Shown here piece by piece: positions 20,817 to 31,200 of a DNA stretch of 64,000 nt. The position numbers and the translations under genes were made by a program. Numbering within the stretch: position 1 is the first letter of the stretch; every line of letters starts with the position of its first letter. The stretch lies in NCBI GenBank assembly GCA_036381155.1, contig DASVDJ010000159.1:19291-83290 (forward strand). The letters are read 5' to 3'. Under the pieces are notes generated by a model that had not been told where the DNA came from, searched no databases, and saw only the letters and a program-made list of their open reading frames with translations. The DNA is from Vicinamibacterales bacterium (GTDB lineage: Bacteria > Acidobacteriota > Vicinamibacteria > Vicinamibacterales > JAENWD01).

Positions 20817-20834
20817 GCCGGCCTGAAGGCCGGC
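20817..20834. terminator. REP-like hairpin between dnaE2 and the convergent SDR gene
   Basis: GCCGGCC-tgaa-GGCCGGC, nested in ttgcc...ggcaa. Confidence 0.45.
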
Positions 20835-20845
20835 CCTCCTGGCAA

Positions 20846-21637
20846 CTACTGCCTACCGCCTGCTGTCTTCCTCCCGTACCCCAGCTCTGCACCGCCCGAG
20901 ACGATGTGGTCGGCGCCGGTGGTGAAGGTGGCGTCGGCGGCGAGATACAGGCAGAGGCGCGCCACCTCGGCCGGCTCGCCCATGCGCCCGACGGGCTGGG
21001 CCGCCTCGCCGTCCGCGCGCGTGCGCGCCGGATCGGGCGAGGCGTCGATGGCTTCCTGCCAGAGCGGCGTGTAGACGTTGCCGGGGGAGATGGCGTTCAC
21101 CCGCACGCCGTTCGGTGCCTCGTCGATGGCCAGCGCCTTCGTGAACGACAGGACCGCGCCCTTCGTCGCGACGTAGGTCGTCGCATGGCGCTGGCCGATG
21201 GTGGCGACCAGGCTCGCGAGATTGATGATGCAGCCCTGCGTCCGGCGCAGCCACGGCAGCGCCGTGCGGCATCCGACGAAGACGCTCATGACGTTGAGCT
21301 CGAAGAGGGCGCGGAAGTCCTCCGGCGTGAACCCGTCGATGGGGTAGTGCGGCGGGTGCCACCCGGCGTTGTTCACCAGGCAGTCGAGCCGGCCGTGCGC
21401 CTGCGCCGTCGCCTCGATGAACCGTGCCAGGTCGTCGGCCTTCGAGACGTCGCACAGCCCGAACTGCGCACGCCCCGGTCCGCGGCGCGTCACCGCCTCG
21501 GCGAGCTCGACGCCGCCGGCCGGCTCGTGCGAGCAGAACGTCACCAGCGCGCCGGCGCGGCAGAACTCCTCGACGATGGCCCGGCCAATCCCCCTGGTCC
21601 CGCCGGTGACGATGACCACGCGATCGGCGTAGCGCAT
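20846..21637 (-). CDS. SDR family oxidoreductase
   Basis: Track ORF 20846..22489 trimmed to MRYADRVVIVTGGTRGIGRAI (TGxxxGxG). YVATKGAV matches YxxxK. Confidence 0.85.
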   Translation of the reverse strand: MRYADRVVIVTGGTRGIGRAIVEEFCRAGALVTFCSHEPAGGVELAEAVTRRGPGRAQFGLCDVSKADDLARFIEATAQAHGRLDCLVNNAGWHPPHYPIDGFTPEDFRALFELNVMSVFVGCRTALPWLRRTQGCIINLASLVATIGQRHATTYVATKGAVLSFTKALAIDEAPNGVRVNAISPGNVYTPLWQEAIDASPDPARTRADGEAAQPVGRMGEPAEVARLCLYLAADATFTTGADHIVSGGAELGYGRKTAGGRQ

Positions 21638-21639
21638 GT

Positions 21640-22563
21640 CTAGTGGCCCACCGATGCGGCGCCCGCCGTCGCGGTGGCGGGGACCTCGCGCCGCGCCACC
21701 GTGCCGCGATCGACGGTCTCGCCCGTCCGCGAGATGACCTGGAAGTGCATCGTGTTGCCGATGATCTCGACGATCATGAAGCTGAGATCGGTGTCGAAGC
21801 CCGCGGCGTACAACGGGCCCTTCCGGATGTTGCCGGCGCGCAGCTTGCCGGCCGATCCGACCGTGAAGTACGCGATCCCCTGCTGCGGCTTCAGCCGCTC
21901 GTAGAAGTGCTCGTGCCCCGCGAAGACGACGCTGACGCCGTACTTGACGAACAGCGGCTCCAGGAAGGCGCGCAGCTCGACGTCCGATCCGTGCCGTTTG
22001 CCCGACGAGTAGATCGGGTGGTGCATGTAGGCGATCTTCCATGGGGCGTCCGACGCCTGGAGCGCCCCCTCGAGCCACTTGAGCTGCTCGGTGGACATGA
22101 ACGTGCTGTCCACCACGAAGAACTCGGCGTTCCCCTTCACGAAGCTGTGGTAGCGACGTCCGTTCAGGTTGAACGGCTTGTAATGGATCTGGATGTGCGG
22201 CTCGTCGTGGTTGCCGAGCGCCGCGTAGAAGGTCACGCCGGCGTCGAGCAGCGGCTGGTAGGGCCGCTCGAACTTCTGCACGAAGTCCTTCGGCCGTTCG
22301 CGCCCGTAGATGTTGTCGCCGAGCATCAGCACGAACTCGAACGGAAACGCACGATGCGCGAGCACCATCTGCCCGGCGACCTGGTACTGCCGGTACGAGC
22401 CGCTGCCGCTGTCGCCGATCACGGCGAACTTCAGCGACCCCTCGGCGTTGGGCAGCTCGAGCGTGACCGCGCCGGCGGCCACCGCCCACACGGCGGCGCC
22501 GAGCAGGGCGAGGCCGGCCCGCAGGCGCGGCGAACGGGATGGACGGCGGCTGATCATGGGCAC
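21640..22563 (-). CDS. secreted metallophosphoesterase (purple-acid-phosphatase-like)
   Basis: GDSGSG, GDNIY, GNHD and GHEH motifs. Its stop lies 2 nt before the SDR start. Confidence 0.85.
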   Translation of the reverse strand: MPMISRRPSRSPRLRAGLALLGAAVWAVAAGAVTLELPNAEGSLKFAVIGDSGSGSYRQYQVAGQMVLAHRAFPFEFVLMLGDNIYGRERPKDFVQKFERPYQPLLDAGVTFYAALGNHDEPHIQIHYKPFNLNGRRYHSFVKGNAEFFVVDSTFMSTEQLKWLEGALQASDAPWKIAYMHHPIYSSGKRHGSDVELRAFLEPLFVKYGVSVVFAGHEHFYERLKPQQGIAYFTVGSAGKLRAGNIRKGPLYAAGFDTDLSFMIVEIIGNTMHFQVISRTGETVDRGTVARREVPATATAGAASVGH

Positions 22564-22628
22564 CCCTGACCTGGCGCCGGGCGTTGCCCGGGCGCCTGGC
22601 GCCCCAGTCTATCAGCGCCGCCCGCCGG

Positions 22629-23648
22629 TCAGGAGGTCGGGGCGGTCTGGGTCCGCGGCTTCGGCGGCGGGCTCAGCCCTTCGCGCAGCCGGCGCACCGC
22701 TTCCCCGACCCGGATGGACGCATTGAACACATGGTCCACCTTGAGGGGGCCGGCCAGCCGGTACCGGCCGATCGCGCCGAGCCCCGCCGACGCGATGCAG
22801 CCGCAGTTGGCGCAGTCCGGCCTGCCGCCGAACTGGCACGGCGTGATGCGCGTCTCGAGGTCGGCGGAGTAGGACTTCGTGACCCGCGCGAAGACGCACT
22901 CGTCCGGCGAGGCCGGAGGGTCCGCGTAGACCTCGATCATCCCGCGCGGCATCTGGATCTTCGGGTAGCGCTCCCGCAGCACCATCAGCGCCGCGACGAC
23001 GTCGCGGCGATTCTCCGGCGTGAGCTTCTCGGCCGACTCCTCGCCGATCTGCGGCGTGTAGAGGCTGAACCAGATCTTCCGGCAGTGCGGCTGCTCCTGC
23101 CAGAAACGGGCGAACTCCTCGAGGTAGCCGTCGCGCTGCACCTGCTGCCGCGTCACGGTGCAGTGCACGACGATCTGGTGCCCGACGATGTGCTTGAGGA
23201 TGCGGTCGTAGGTCGCCGGCGCCCGGCGCACGTCGTGCTCGGCCGGCAGCCCGTCGATCGACACGACCACCGACAGCCGGGGGATGGAGGCCCACTCGAC
23301 CGGAATCGGCCGGACCGCGCTCGTGACGACCTGGACGTAGAGGCCGCGCGCCGACAGCTGCGGCAGCAGCTCGTTGAGCTCCCGGAACCGCACCAGCGGC
23401 TCGCCGCCGACGATGGAGACGTGCACCGGCTTGTAGCGATCGACGAGCGCGTGCACGCCGTCGATGAGCGCCTGCCCCTTGAAGTCGCGCACCTCGCGCA
23501 GCGTCATCGTGCCGCCGAGGTGTTCGTCGCCGTATGCGTAGCAGCCGGGACAGCGGAGGGGACACTCGCGGGTGATCTCGATCGACAGGAAGGGCGGATA
23601 TCCACCGAGAATCCGGCCCCACGATGTGAATATCCCTTCCATGCGCAA
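22629..23648 (-). CDS. radical SAM protein with C-terminal Cys-rich region
   Basis: CPLRCPGC matches CxxxCxxC. C-terminal CQFGGRPDCANCGC. Confidence 0.75.
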   Translation of the reverse strand: MRMEGIFTSWGRILGGYPPFLSIEITRECPLRCPGCYAYGDEHLGGTMTLREVRDFKGQALIDGVHALVDRYKPVHVSIVGGEPLVRFRELNELLPQLSARGLYVQVVTSAVRPIPVEWASIPRLSVVVSIDGLPAEHDVRRAPATYDRILKHIVGHQIVVHCTVTRQQVQRDGYLEEFARFWQEQPHCRKIWFSLYTPQIGEESAEKLTPENRRDVVAALMVLRERYPKIQMPRGMIEVYADPPASPDECVFARVTKSYSADLETRITPCQFGGRPDCANCGCIASAGLGAIGRYRLAGPLKVDHVFNASIRVGEAVRRLREGLSPPPKPRTQTAPTS

Positions 23649-23782
23649 CCTCCTGCCGGACGGGACGCCCGGGGCACCACTATATCAGCCTCGACGCGGA
23701 CACCCTGCGCGGTCCCATCCGTGCACGCCGGCCCGTCCGATCGAGGTGCGCCGGCGCGCGGCGATGTTATCTTGTTGGGCGC

Positions 23783-24175
23783 ATGATCGTTCGGAGACGT
23801 TCGAAGATAGCTGGCTGGGGCGTGTTCGCGACCCAGGACATCCCGAAAAACAAACGCATCATCGACTACGCCGGGGAGAAAATCACCCACAAGGAGAGCC
23901 GGAAGCGCGAGGCGCGGTACCTCAGGCGCGGCATGATCTGGTGCTTCACGCTCAACAACCGATGGGTCATCGACGCCAACGTCGGCGGCAACATCGCGCG
24001 CTTCATCAATCATTCCTGCAAGCCCAATTGCTACGCGCACATCGTCAACGGGACGATCTGGATCCGGGCCGCGCGGAACATCAGGAAGGGCGAGGAGCTC
24101 AGCTACAACTACAACACCACCGGCAATGCGGAGATCAAATGCCGGTGCCGGCCCGATTGTCCGAACTACCTATGA
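23783..24175 (+). CDS. SET-domain protein (lysine methyltransferase-like)
   Basis: 130 aa with GWGVFA, RFINHSCKPNC, EELSYNY and a post-SET-like CRCRPDC. Confidence 0.8.
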   Translation: MIVRRRSKIAGWGVFATQDIPKNKRIIDYAGEKITHKESRKREARYLRRGMIWCFTLNNRWVIDANVGGNIARFINHSCKPNCYAHIVNGTIWIRAARNIRKGEELSYNYNTTGNAEIKCRCRPDCPNYL

Positions 24176-24188
24176 CCGGCTGCCAGCC

Positions 24189-24857
24189 ATGAGCGCACCG
24201 GCGCTCCTCTACCTGCACGGGTTCGCCAGCTCGCCGCAGTCGTCGAAGGCGCGGTTCTTCGTCGAGCGGGCGCGGGCGGCCGGCCTGCCGGCCGACTGCC
24301 CGGACCTGAACCAGCCCGATTTCAGCACGCTGACGGTGACGCGCATGATCGAGCGCGTCCGCGAGGCCGCAGCGGCGATGCCCGCCGGCCCCGTCGTCCT
24401 CGTCGGCTCGAGCCTGGGCGCGTTCGTCGCGCTCCATGCCGTCGCGAAGGCTGGTTGGGACCCGGCGCGCCCGGTCGAACGGCTCGTGTTCCTGGCGCCG
24501 GCGCTCGACCTGGCGCCGGGCCTGGCTCGCGACTTCGGGCCCGAGCGCATGGCGGAGTGGGAGCGCACCGGGTGGATCGAGATCTTCCACTACGCCGAGG
24601 ACCGGATGCGCCGGCTGCACTGGGCGTTCATGGAGGACGCGCGCCGGTACGATTCGGACGCGGTCACGGTGCGGACTCCGACGCTCATCTGGCAGGGGCG
24701 GCAGGACGAGGTCGTGCCCGCCGCAGAGGTCGAGCGCTGGGCGTCGACGCGCCCCTGGACGACGGTGCGGCTGGTTGACGACGGTCATCAGCTGCTGTCC
24801 GTGCTCGAGCCGATGTGGGAGGACGTGCTGGCGTTCGTCACGGGCCGTTCCGGATGA
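24189..24857 (+). CDS. YqiA-like alpha/beta hydrolase (esterase)
   Basis: Trimmed to MSAPALLYLHGFASSPQS. The nucleophile elbow is GSSLG. Confidence 0.7.
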   Translation: MSAPALLYLHGFASSPQSSKARFFVERARAAGLPADCPDLNQPDFSTLTVTRMIERVREAAAAMPAGPVVLVGSSLGAFVALHAVAKAGWDPARPVERLVFLAPALDLAPGLARDFGPERMAEWERTGWIEIFHYAEDRMRRLHWAFMEDARRYDSDAVTVRTPTLIWQGRQDEVVPAAEVERWASTRPWTTVRLVDDGHQLLSVLEPMWEDVLAFVTGRSG

Positions 24858-27211
24858 GGTGGTTGCTCCTCGGCCTCGCGCTCGCCGGCGCCGCGTCCCT
24901 CTCGTTCTCGCGCGTCGGCGCGGAGGCCCCGGCGGAGGGCACCGCCGGTGCCGCATGGCGGGTCGTCGAGTGGCCCGGGGGCGCCGTGGTCGCCGAGTCG
25001 GACGGCGCGCGGCTGCAGACGCCGGTGCAGCCCGGGTCGATCCTGAAGCTTCCCGCGCTCATCGCTGCCCTGAATGCGGGCATCGTCACACAGGGGACTC
25101 GCGTGCCGTGCAGGGGCGAGGCCCGTGTGGGCGGGCACGTCGTCCGGTGCAGCCATCCACGGCAACGCCATGCGCTCGGCCCGTCCGAGGCGCTGGCCCT
25201 TTCCTGCAACGTCTGGTTTGCGACGGTCGGCAGCCGGTTGCCGCGCGGGCGGTTCGACGCCGTGCTGACGGCGCTGGGGTTGCCGCCGTCGCCTGGTGAT
25301 GCCCCGATGCCCCTGGCGGTGACGGGGCTGCGCGCGACGCCGGTGCCCCCGCTCGCGCTGCTCGAGGCGCTGCGCCGTGTCGTGACCGGTGCGCCTGGCG
25401 TGGAGCTGACGGATGCGGCCCGCCGTATCGTGATGGACGGCCTGCGCGGCGCCGCGCTCTACGGCACCGCGGACGCCTTCGCGGATCGGGGACTGGACGC
25501 CGCCGCCAAGACCGGCACGGCGGATGCACCGGGCGGCGGCGTGCACGGGCTCGTCGTGGCTGCGTGGCCGGCGACGAACCCGGCGCGCGGCCTCGTGCTC
25601 ATGGCGGCCGGCGCCGCCGGCACGAATGCGGCCCAGCTGGCTGCGGAGATCGCGACAGCCCAGCGCACGAGGGCGGTTCCGACGAAGGCTGATGCACGGT
25701 CGTCGCCGGGCGCGAGCGGGAACGCTGCGACGTCGCGTCAGACCCTGCTCCGCGTCGGCACCGCACAGGGTCGGCAGTATGCCGTTCGCGAGTACGAGCT
25801 CGAAGACTACGTCGCGCGCGTCGTCGCGGGCGAAGCGGCGCCGCGCAGCGCGCCGGCGGCGCTCGAGGCGCTGGCCATCGCCGTGCGCACGTTCGCGCTC
25901 GCGAACCGTGGGCGGCACGCACGCGACGGCTTCGACCTGTGCACGCTGACGCATTGCCAGGTCCTGCGCGAGCCGCACGAGGCGGCGCGGCGCGCGGCCC
26001 GGGCGACGGAAGGGCAGGTGCTCGTCGACCGCGGTGTGCCGGTGCCGGTGTACTTCTCGGCCTCGTGCGGCGGACGTACCGAACGGCCGTCGGCCGTCTG
26101 GCCGGGCGCGGACGATCCCTCGTGGCTGCCGTCGAGGCGCGACCGGGCGTGCGGCGGCGAGCCGCGCTGGGCCGCGGAGATCCCGGTCCAGGACCTCGAG
26201 CGCGCTCTGCGTGCTGCCGGGTTCAGCCGGGGCCGCCTGCTCCGCCTCTCAATCGACGGGCGCTCCTCGTCGGGCCGCGTCCTTCGGCTGCGCCTCGAAG
26301 GGCTCGTGCCGGATCGCATCACGGGACAGGACTTCAGGATGGCCGTGGGCCGCACGCTCGGCTGGCAGCTCGTGAAGAGCACCGCGTTCGACCTGCGGCG
26401 GACCGGCAACGGCTACCGGTTCGACGGCCGCGGTTTCGGACACGGCGTCGGGATGTGCGTGACCGGAGCGGCGCGACGCGCGGAGCGCGGCGAGGCGGTG
26501 CAGGAGATTCTCGACGCCTACTACCCGGGGCTGAGGGTGATGCGGATGCCCGCCGGCGCGTCCGCGCCGACAACGCGCATCGCGCCGGCACCAGAGCCGG
26601 CACGGCAGCCCCAGACCCCACCGGTGATGCAGGCCGCGAAGACGGCGCCGCCGGCACGGGCGGCGGCATCCGGTTCGAACCTGCGGATCGTGCTCCCTCC
26701 GACCGCCGAGTCCGAGCGCGCGGCGTTGACGGAGTACGCGCGCCGCACCCTCGACGCGCTGGTGCGTGCGACCGGACGCCAGGCGCCGGACCGGATCGAT
26801 CTCGTGTTCCATCCATCCGCGGCGAGCTTCCAGCGTGAGACGCAGGAGCCGTGGTGGTCCGCGGCGCGGACGCGCGGCACGCGCGTGGATCTGCTGCCGC
26901 CGGCCGTCCTGTGGGCGCGGGGCACGCTCGAGTCGACGCTGCGGCACGAGCTGGCGCACGTGCTCACCGCGCCGGTGCTCGGGGATCGGCCGGAGTGGGT
27001 GAGGGAAGGGGTCGCGATGTACTTCGCCGGCGAGCCGCCGCCGGCGTCGCTGCTTGGCGAGGACGGCCGCCCGCGCCGCGTGCGCTGCCCGTCCGACGAC
27101 GACCTGCGACGCCCGCCGTCGCCGGCCGTCGCGCGCGAGGCCTACGCGCGCGCGGCCGCCTGCGTCGCGCGCGAGATCCAGGGCGGCACGCCGTGGGGGG
27201 AGATTCGATAG
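24854..27211 (+). CDS. secreted fusion protein: PBP/beta-lactamase-type transpeptidase-like domain + SpoIID/LytB domain + HExxH C-terminal domain
   Basis: Start MRWLLLG at 24854 makes an ATGA overlap with the esterase stop. PBP motifs: SILK (SxxK), SCN (SxN), KTGT. SpoIID-type segments: ALAIAVRTFAL...LCTLTHCQV...YFSASCGGRTE. C-terminal LRHELAHVL. Confidence 0.75.
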   Translation: MRWLLLGLALAGAASLSFSRVGAEAPAEGTAGAAWRVVEWPGGAVVAESDGARLQTPVQPGSILKLPALIAALNAGIVTQGTRVPCRGEARVGGHVVRCSHPRQRHALGPSEALALSCNVWFATVGSRLPRGRFDAVLTALGLPPSPGDAPMPLAVTGLRATPVPPLALLEALRRVVTGAPGVELTDAARRIVMDGLRGAALYGTADAFADRGLDAAAKTGTADAPGGGVHGLVVAAWPATNPARGLVLMAAGAAGTNAAQLAAEIATAQRTRAVPTKADARSSPGASGNAATSRQTLLRVGTAQGRQYAVREYELEDYVARVVAGEAAPRSAPAALEALAIAVRTFALANRGRHARDGFDLCTLTHCQVLREPHEAARRAARATEGQVLVDRGVPVPVYFSASCGGRTERPSAVWPGADDPSWLPSRRDRACGGEPRWAAEIPVQDLERALRAAGFSRGRLLRLSIDGRSSSGRVLRLRLEGLVPDRITGQDFRMAVGRTLGWQLVKSTAFDLRRTGNGYRFDGRGFGHGVGMCVTGAARRAERGEAVQEILDAYYPGLRVMRMPAGASAPTTRIAPAPEPARQPQTPPVMQAAKTAPPARAAASGSNLRIVLPPTAESERAALTEYARRTLDALVRATGRQAPDRIDLVFHPSAASFQRETQEPWWSAARTRGTRVDLLPPAVLWARGTLESTLRHELAHVLTAPVLGDRPEWVREGVAMYFAGEPPPASLLGEDGRPRRVRCPSDDDLRRPPSPAVAREAYARAAACVAREIQGGTPWGEIR

Positions 27212-27570
27212 GGCCCTTGGACCTTGGGCTTTGGGCTTTTGGCTTTGGGCCTTCTTAGGCTTTGGGCATTGGGCTGTGGGCCTTGGGCTCACCGTTCCGG
27301 ATGCGTGGTGGCTTCAGGCCCTCAACCGAACGACGCTCGCTGTCACGCTGGCCGAGTTCAAAGGGAGCAGCAAGCACATCGCACGGCGTCCGTCTGCGAC
27401 GCACGTGAGAAGCGAGACTGCGAACGCCGCGGGGGCAACGCCGTTCGCCCGTCACACCCCGGACCAGCCCAAAGCCCAAAGCCCAAAGCCCAAAGCCTAG
27501 AGCCCAAGGCCCAAAGCCAAAGGCCCAACGCCAAAGGCCCAAAGCCCAAGAAGGCCCTAAAGCCCAGTCC
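27211..27570. repeat. GCCCAAAG-armed inverted-repeat element, copy 1
   Basis: Left arm is (GGGCTTTG)-like repeats at 27211-27290. Right arm is (GCCCAAAG)-like repeats at 27466-27570. The core of about 175 nt is homologous, in reverse orientation, to the core of 34624-34929. The element fills the whole convergent intergenic space. Confidence 0.85.
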
Positions 27571-27573
27571 GGG

Positions 27574-28281
27574 CTAGTCGCGCGCTGCGGTGCGCAGAAT
27601 GAGCGCCCAGCCCACCGCGGCCGCCACAGCAATCAGCCCCAGCTTGGCGGCGACGAACCACGGCTCCAGCGATAGCGCGAGGCCGCCGGGCCGCCAGTCG
27701 ACTGCCTGCACAGGCAGCACGATCAGCAGCACCAGCCACACCGTGATCAGCAGCCAGCGGGCCGGCCGCAGCGCGGCGCGGACCCAGCCGGCATCCCGCA
27801 GCACGCCGAAGCCGCCGCGGACGACGGCCGCGAGCAGCGTCAGCGACAGCGTGAGCGCCAGCGGCCATCGCACGAACTGCAGCGCCCAGAACACCAGCGC
27901 GTGGAGCCATTCCGTTCGCGGGCTGCCGGTCCGCGCGATGATCATCGCGTCGATCTGGCCGGCGATCCCGGCGTGCCACTCGAGCAGCCACCCGGTGACG
28001 ACGCGGATCACACAGAACAGCAACGTTGCCAGCAGGAACGGCGGCGCGTGGCGGATGCCGGTCAGCAGCGTGCGGACGAGGCCGTTCTCGTGCTGCCACG
28101 CGGCCACCGCGCCCGCGTGGATCGTGGCAACCCCCGCGACCAGCGCGACGACCGTGAGTGCGGAGAGGCCGAGCATCAGGACGGAGCTCTCGGGGATGTT
28201 GAGGAGTCCCCAGAAGATCCCGAGCAGCAGCAGATGCCCGCCCAGCAGCCACGAGGCGATCACGGCGAGCCGCGCGGTCAC
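27574..28281 (-). CDS. polytopic membrane protein, last gene of the A2M operon
   Basis: In-frame GTG at 28281 makes a GTGA overlap with the A2M stop. 235 aa with about 6 hydrophobic helices. Confidence 0.6.
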   Translation of the reverse strand: MTARLAVIASWLLGGHLLLLGIFWGLLNIPESSVLMLGLSALTVVALVAGVATIHAGAVAAWQHENGLVRTLLTGIRHAPPFLLATLLFCVIRVVTGWLLEWHAGIAGQIDAMIIARTGSPRTEWLHALVFWALQFVRWPLALTLSLTLLAAVVRGGFGVLRDAGWVRAALRPARWLLITVWLVLLIVLPVQAVDWRPGGLALSLEPWFVAAKLGLIAVAAAVGWALILRTAARD

Positions 28282-31200
28282 TGCGCCCCTCCATTCGCAA
28301 TCGTCACCATCTCGGGTGTCGTCGACGCCATGACGTCCGGCACGTACATCGGCGTGACGCGCGCCGGGAGCGCCGTGAACACGCCGGGCGACGTGATCTT
28401 CAGCAGGTACCAGAACTCCACGCGCCCGCCGGGCAGCCCGTCCTGGAAGAACACCACGCGGTCGTCGCGCAGCTCGCGCCGGTTCCGCCAGGACCCGGCA
28501 AGCGGCCGCTCCAGCTCGTAGAGCGAGTCGTCGGCCATGGCTTCGGATCCGGCCGGCAGCGGATCCTCGATCAGCAGATACCGCCAGTCGCTTGCGCCCG
28601 CCACCGTGAGCCGCACGAGCAGCACGTCTCCCGGCGAAGCCGCTCCGTCGAACGGCACCTGCCGGTAGACGATGCGGTCGCGGACGCGCTGCGGGGTCAG
28701 CGAGAAGTACTCGCGCGCGATCGCGAGCTCGCGTCCGCCGGTGCGGGCGATCGGCGTGCGCGTCTCGAAGTAACGTGCCGACGCGGACCAGTAGACCGTG
28801 CCCTCGCCCGTGACGGTGAGCGTGACGGCGTTCTCTCCCTCCCGTGCGGGGGCGGTGACCACCACCGGATCGGGCGCGGTGATGTCGTCGGCCTCGAAGG
28901 CGACCGTCTGCACCGGCGCGCCGTTCACCGCGACCTCCACGCTGACCGGGCTCGCACGCTCGCCGCGTGCCGTCATGTACGCGGTCAGCCCGTACACCGC
29001 CATCGCCGTCGCCTTGGTGCTCATCCACGCGCCGGCCTGGCGGCGCGCGAGGATGTAGCGGACGGCCTGTTCGAGCAGCGGGTCCGACGGCATGCGCGGC
29101 GCCAGCGCCTGCACGGCCATCGCGGTCGCCTCGACGCTCGTGTCGCTCCAGTCGTCCAGCAGCGGGTCGCGACCGACGGTCCACCAGGCCAGGTCGCCGC
29201 GCCGCTCCGCCTCGCCGGCGAGCGTGCGGGCGAGCTCGTCGCCTCGTGGATCCTTCAGCGCGTCGAACGCCAGCAGCAACAACGCGCGCCCGTATGGCGT
29301 CAGCCGATCGCGCGCGTTCCACACCTCGTCCAGCGCCGCGGCGCGATCGAACGGCTCGTCGCCAGGGGTGGGCTCCAGGCCGGCGGCCGACGCGCGCGCG
29401 AGGACGAAGAGCATGTACGCCTTCAGCGCGGGAACCGCCCGCGGGTACTCGCGATACTGCTCGACCATCGCGTTCAGGCCGCGACGGATGCGCCACTCGT
29501 CGACGTGATAGCCGTTCTGGCGTGTCTCGAGCAGCCCGTATACCGCATACGCCGTCATGAACGGATGGTTCTCGTCCGTCCGCCACCAGCCCCACCCGCC
29601 ATCGTCGTGCTGGTACTCGAGCAGCCGCGCGACGCCGGCCGTGACCTGCCGGTCGACGAGCGAGAGCCGTTCGGTGGCCTGCAGACCGAGCTGCGTCATC
29701 GCGCGCTGGACGACCAGCGTGGGCAGGAATCGCGACAGCGTCTGCTCCGTGCAGCCGTAGGGATAGCCCGTCAGGAAGTCGAGCGCGCCGAGCAGCGAGC
29801 CGGCCAGCGACGGCGCGAGCCGCACCGAGATCGTGCGGGCGGCCGGGTTCGTGTCGGCGGGAACGGTCAGCTGCGCGGAGGCCGTGCTGCCTCCGCGCGC
29901 GGAACCGGAGCTGCCGGTCTCGCGCTGCAATCCGAACGGCTGCACCGGGAACGAGAGCTCGACGGCGTCGGCCGCCGCTTCAGTGGTCGCGCGCGCGGTG
30001 ACCGTGGCGGTGCCGGCCGTCCCGGCCTCGACCTTCCAGTCGAGCCGCACGTCGCCGCCGGAGGGGATCGCGGCTTCCGTGGACGCGGGCGCTCCGGTGA
30101 CGGTGAGATTTGCCGCGTCGAGCTCGACGCGCGCCGTCGCCGTTCCGTCCTGGTAGTTGTGCGTGACGACGGGTACCGTCAGACGATCGCCTTCGACGAG
30201 GAACCGCGGCGTGATCGGACGCACGATCAAGTCCTTCGTCACCGTCGTCCGCGCGACCGCCTGCCCGGCTTTCGTGTCGGCGGTCACGCCGCGTGCCGTC
30301 ACGCGCCAGGTCGTGAGCGCATCGGGATACGTCAGCGTCACCATGGCTTCGCCGTTGGCGTCCGTGACGAGATCGCCGATCCAGTAGATCGCGTCCGGGA
30401 ACTCCTTGCGGACCTGCGGCTGGGCGGGCTTGTCCGCCTTGAAGTCGGCAAGGCTGTACGGCCGGCGCTTCTGCGCGAGGCGCAGGACCTCCGTGCCCGA
30501 GTACCCGACGAAGTAGTACTCGCGCGAGAACTGCGTCCCGACGCGGCTGTACGACCGCCGGTAGAAGTACTGCAGCGGGTCTGCCGTGTTGTCCGGCTTC
30601 ACGCCGTACACGGCCTCGTCGATCACGCCGAGGCCGAACTGCGCGCGGACGGGCGCACCGGTCGCGTCGACGGCCTTGACGCGGAAGCGCGCCGGCTCAC
30701 GCGGACGGGCCGTCTCCGCTTCCGGCGTGATCGTCACAGTGATCGCGCGGCTGACGGCCGGGACGCGGACGCGGCGCTCCGCGCGATATAGCCGCTTCTC
30801 CTGCATGAACACGAGGTTGACCCAGACGTCGCCGACGTCCTCCTCGGTGATCGGCACCTCGATCGTCCCGTTGCCGCGCGCCTGGATCACCTGCCGCCAC
30901 GAGACGTGGTCCGCCTCCTTCGTCACGAGGACGTGCGCGTCGAACTCGGCGCCGCGGATGAGGAACCGCGCGATCTCGCCCGGCATCACGGTCCGGCGCT
31001 CCGGGATGAGCTCGAGATAGCGGTACTCGTCGGACAGGCCCTCTTCGTCGGCCCGTCCACCCGGACGCCAGACGTACGCGTCGTCTTCGATCGCGCGCCC
31101 CTTCTCCATGGCGCGCGCCCGGATCCGGTAATCACCCGGCTCCTGCGGTGTCGGCACGACCCACGACGCGTCCCCGTTCGCGTCGGTCGTGATGGTGGCG

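Noticed and set aside
27054-27632. ORFs translating to PKAQSPKPKAQS / WALGFGLWALG-type repeats (27054..27500, 27224..27577, 27255..27632, 27358..27549, and the N-terminal extensions of 33633..34958 and 34838..35542).
   Set aside because: They are read-throughs of the GCCCAAAG/GGGCTTTG repeat arms in several frames on both strands. They have no RBS and no non-repeat domain. The adjacent genes have better internal starts at 34586 and 34970.
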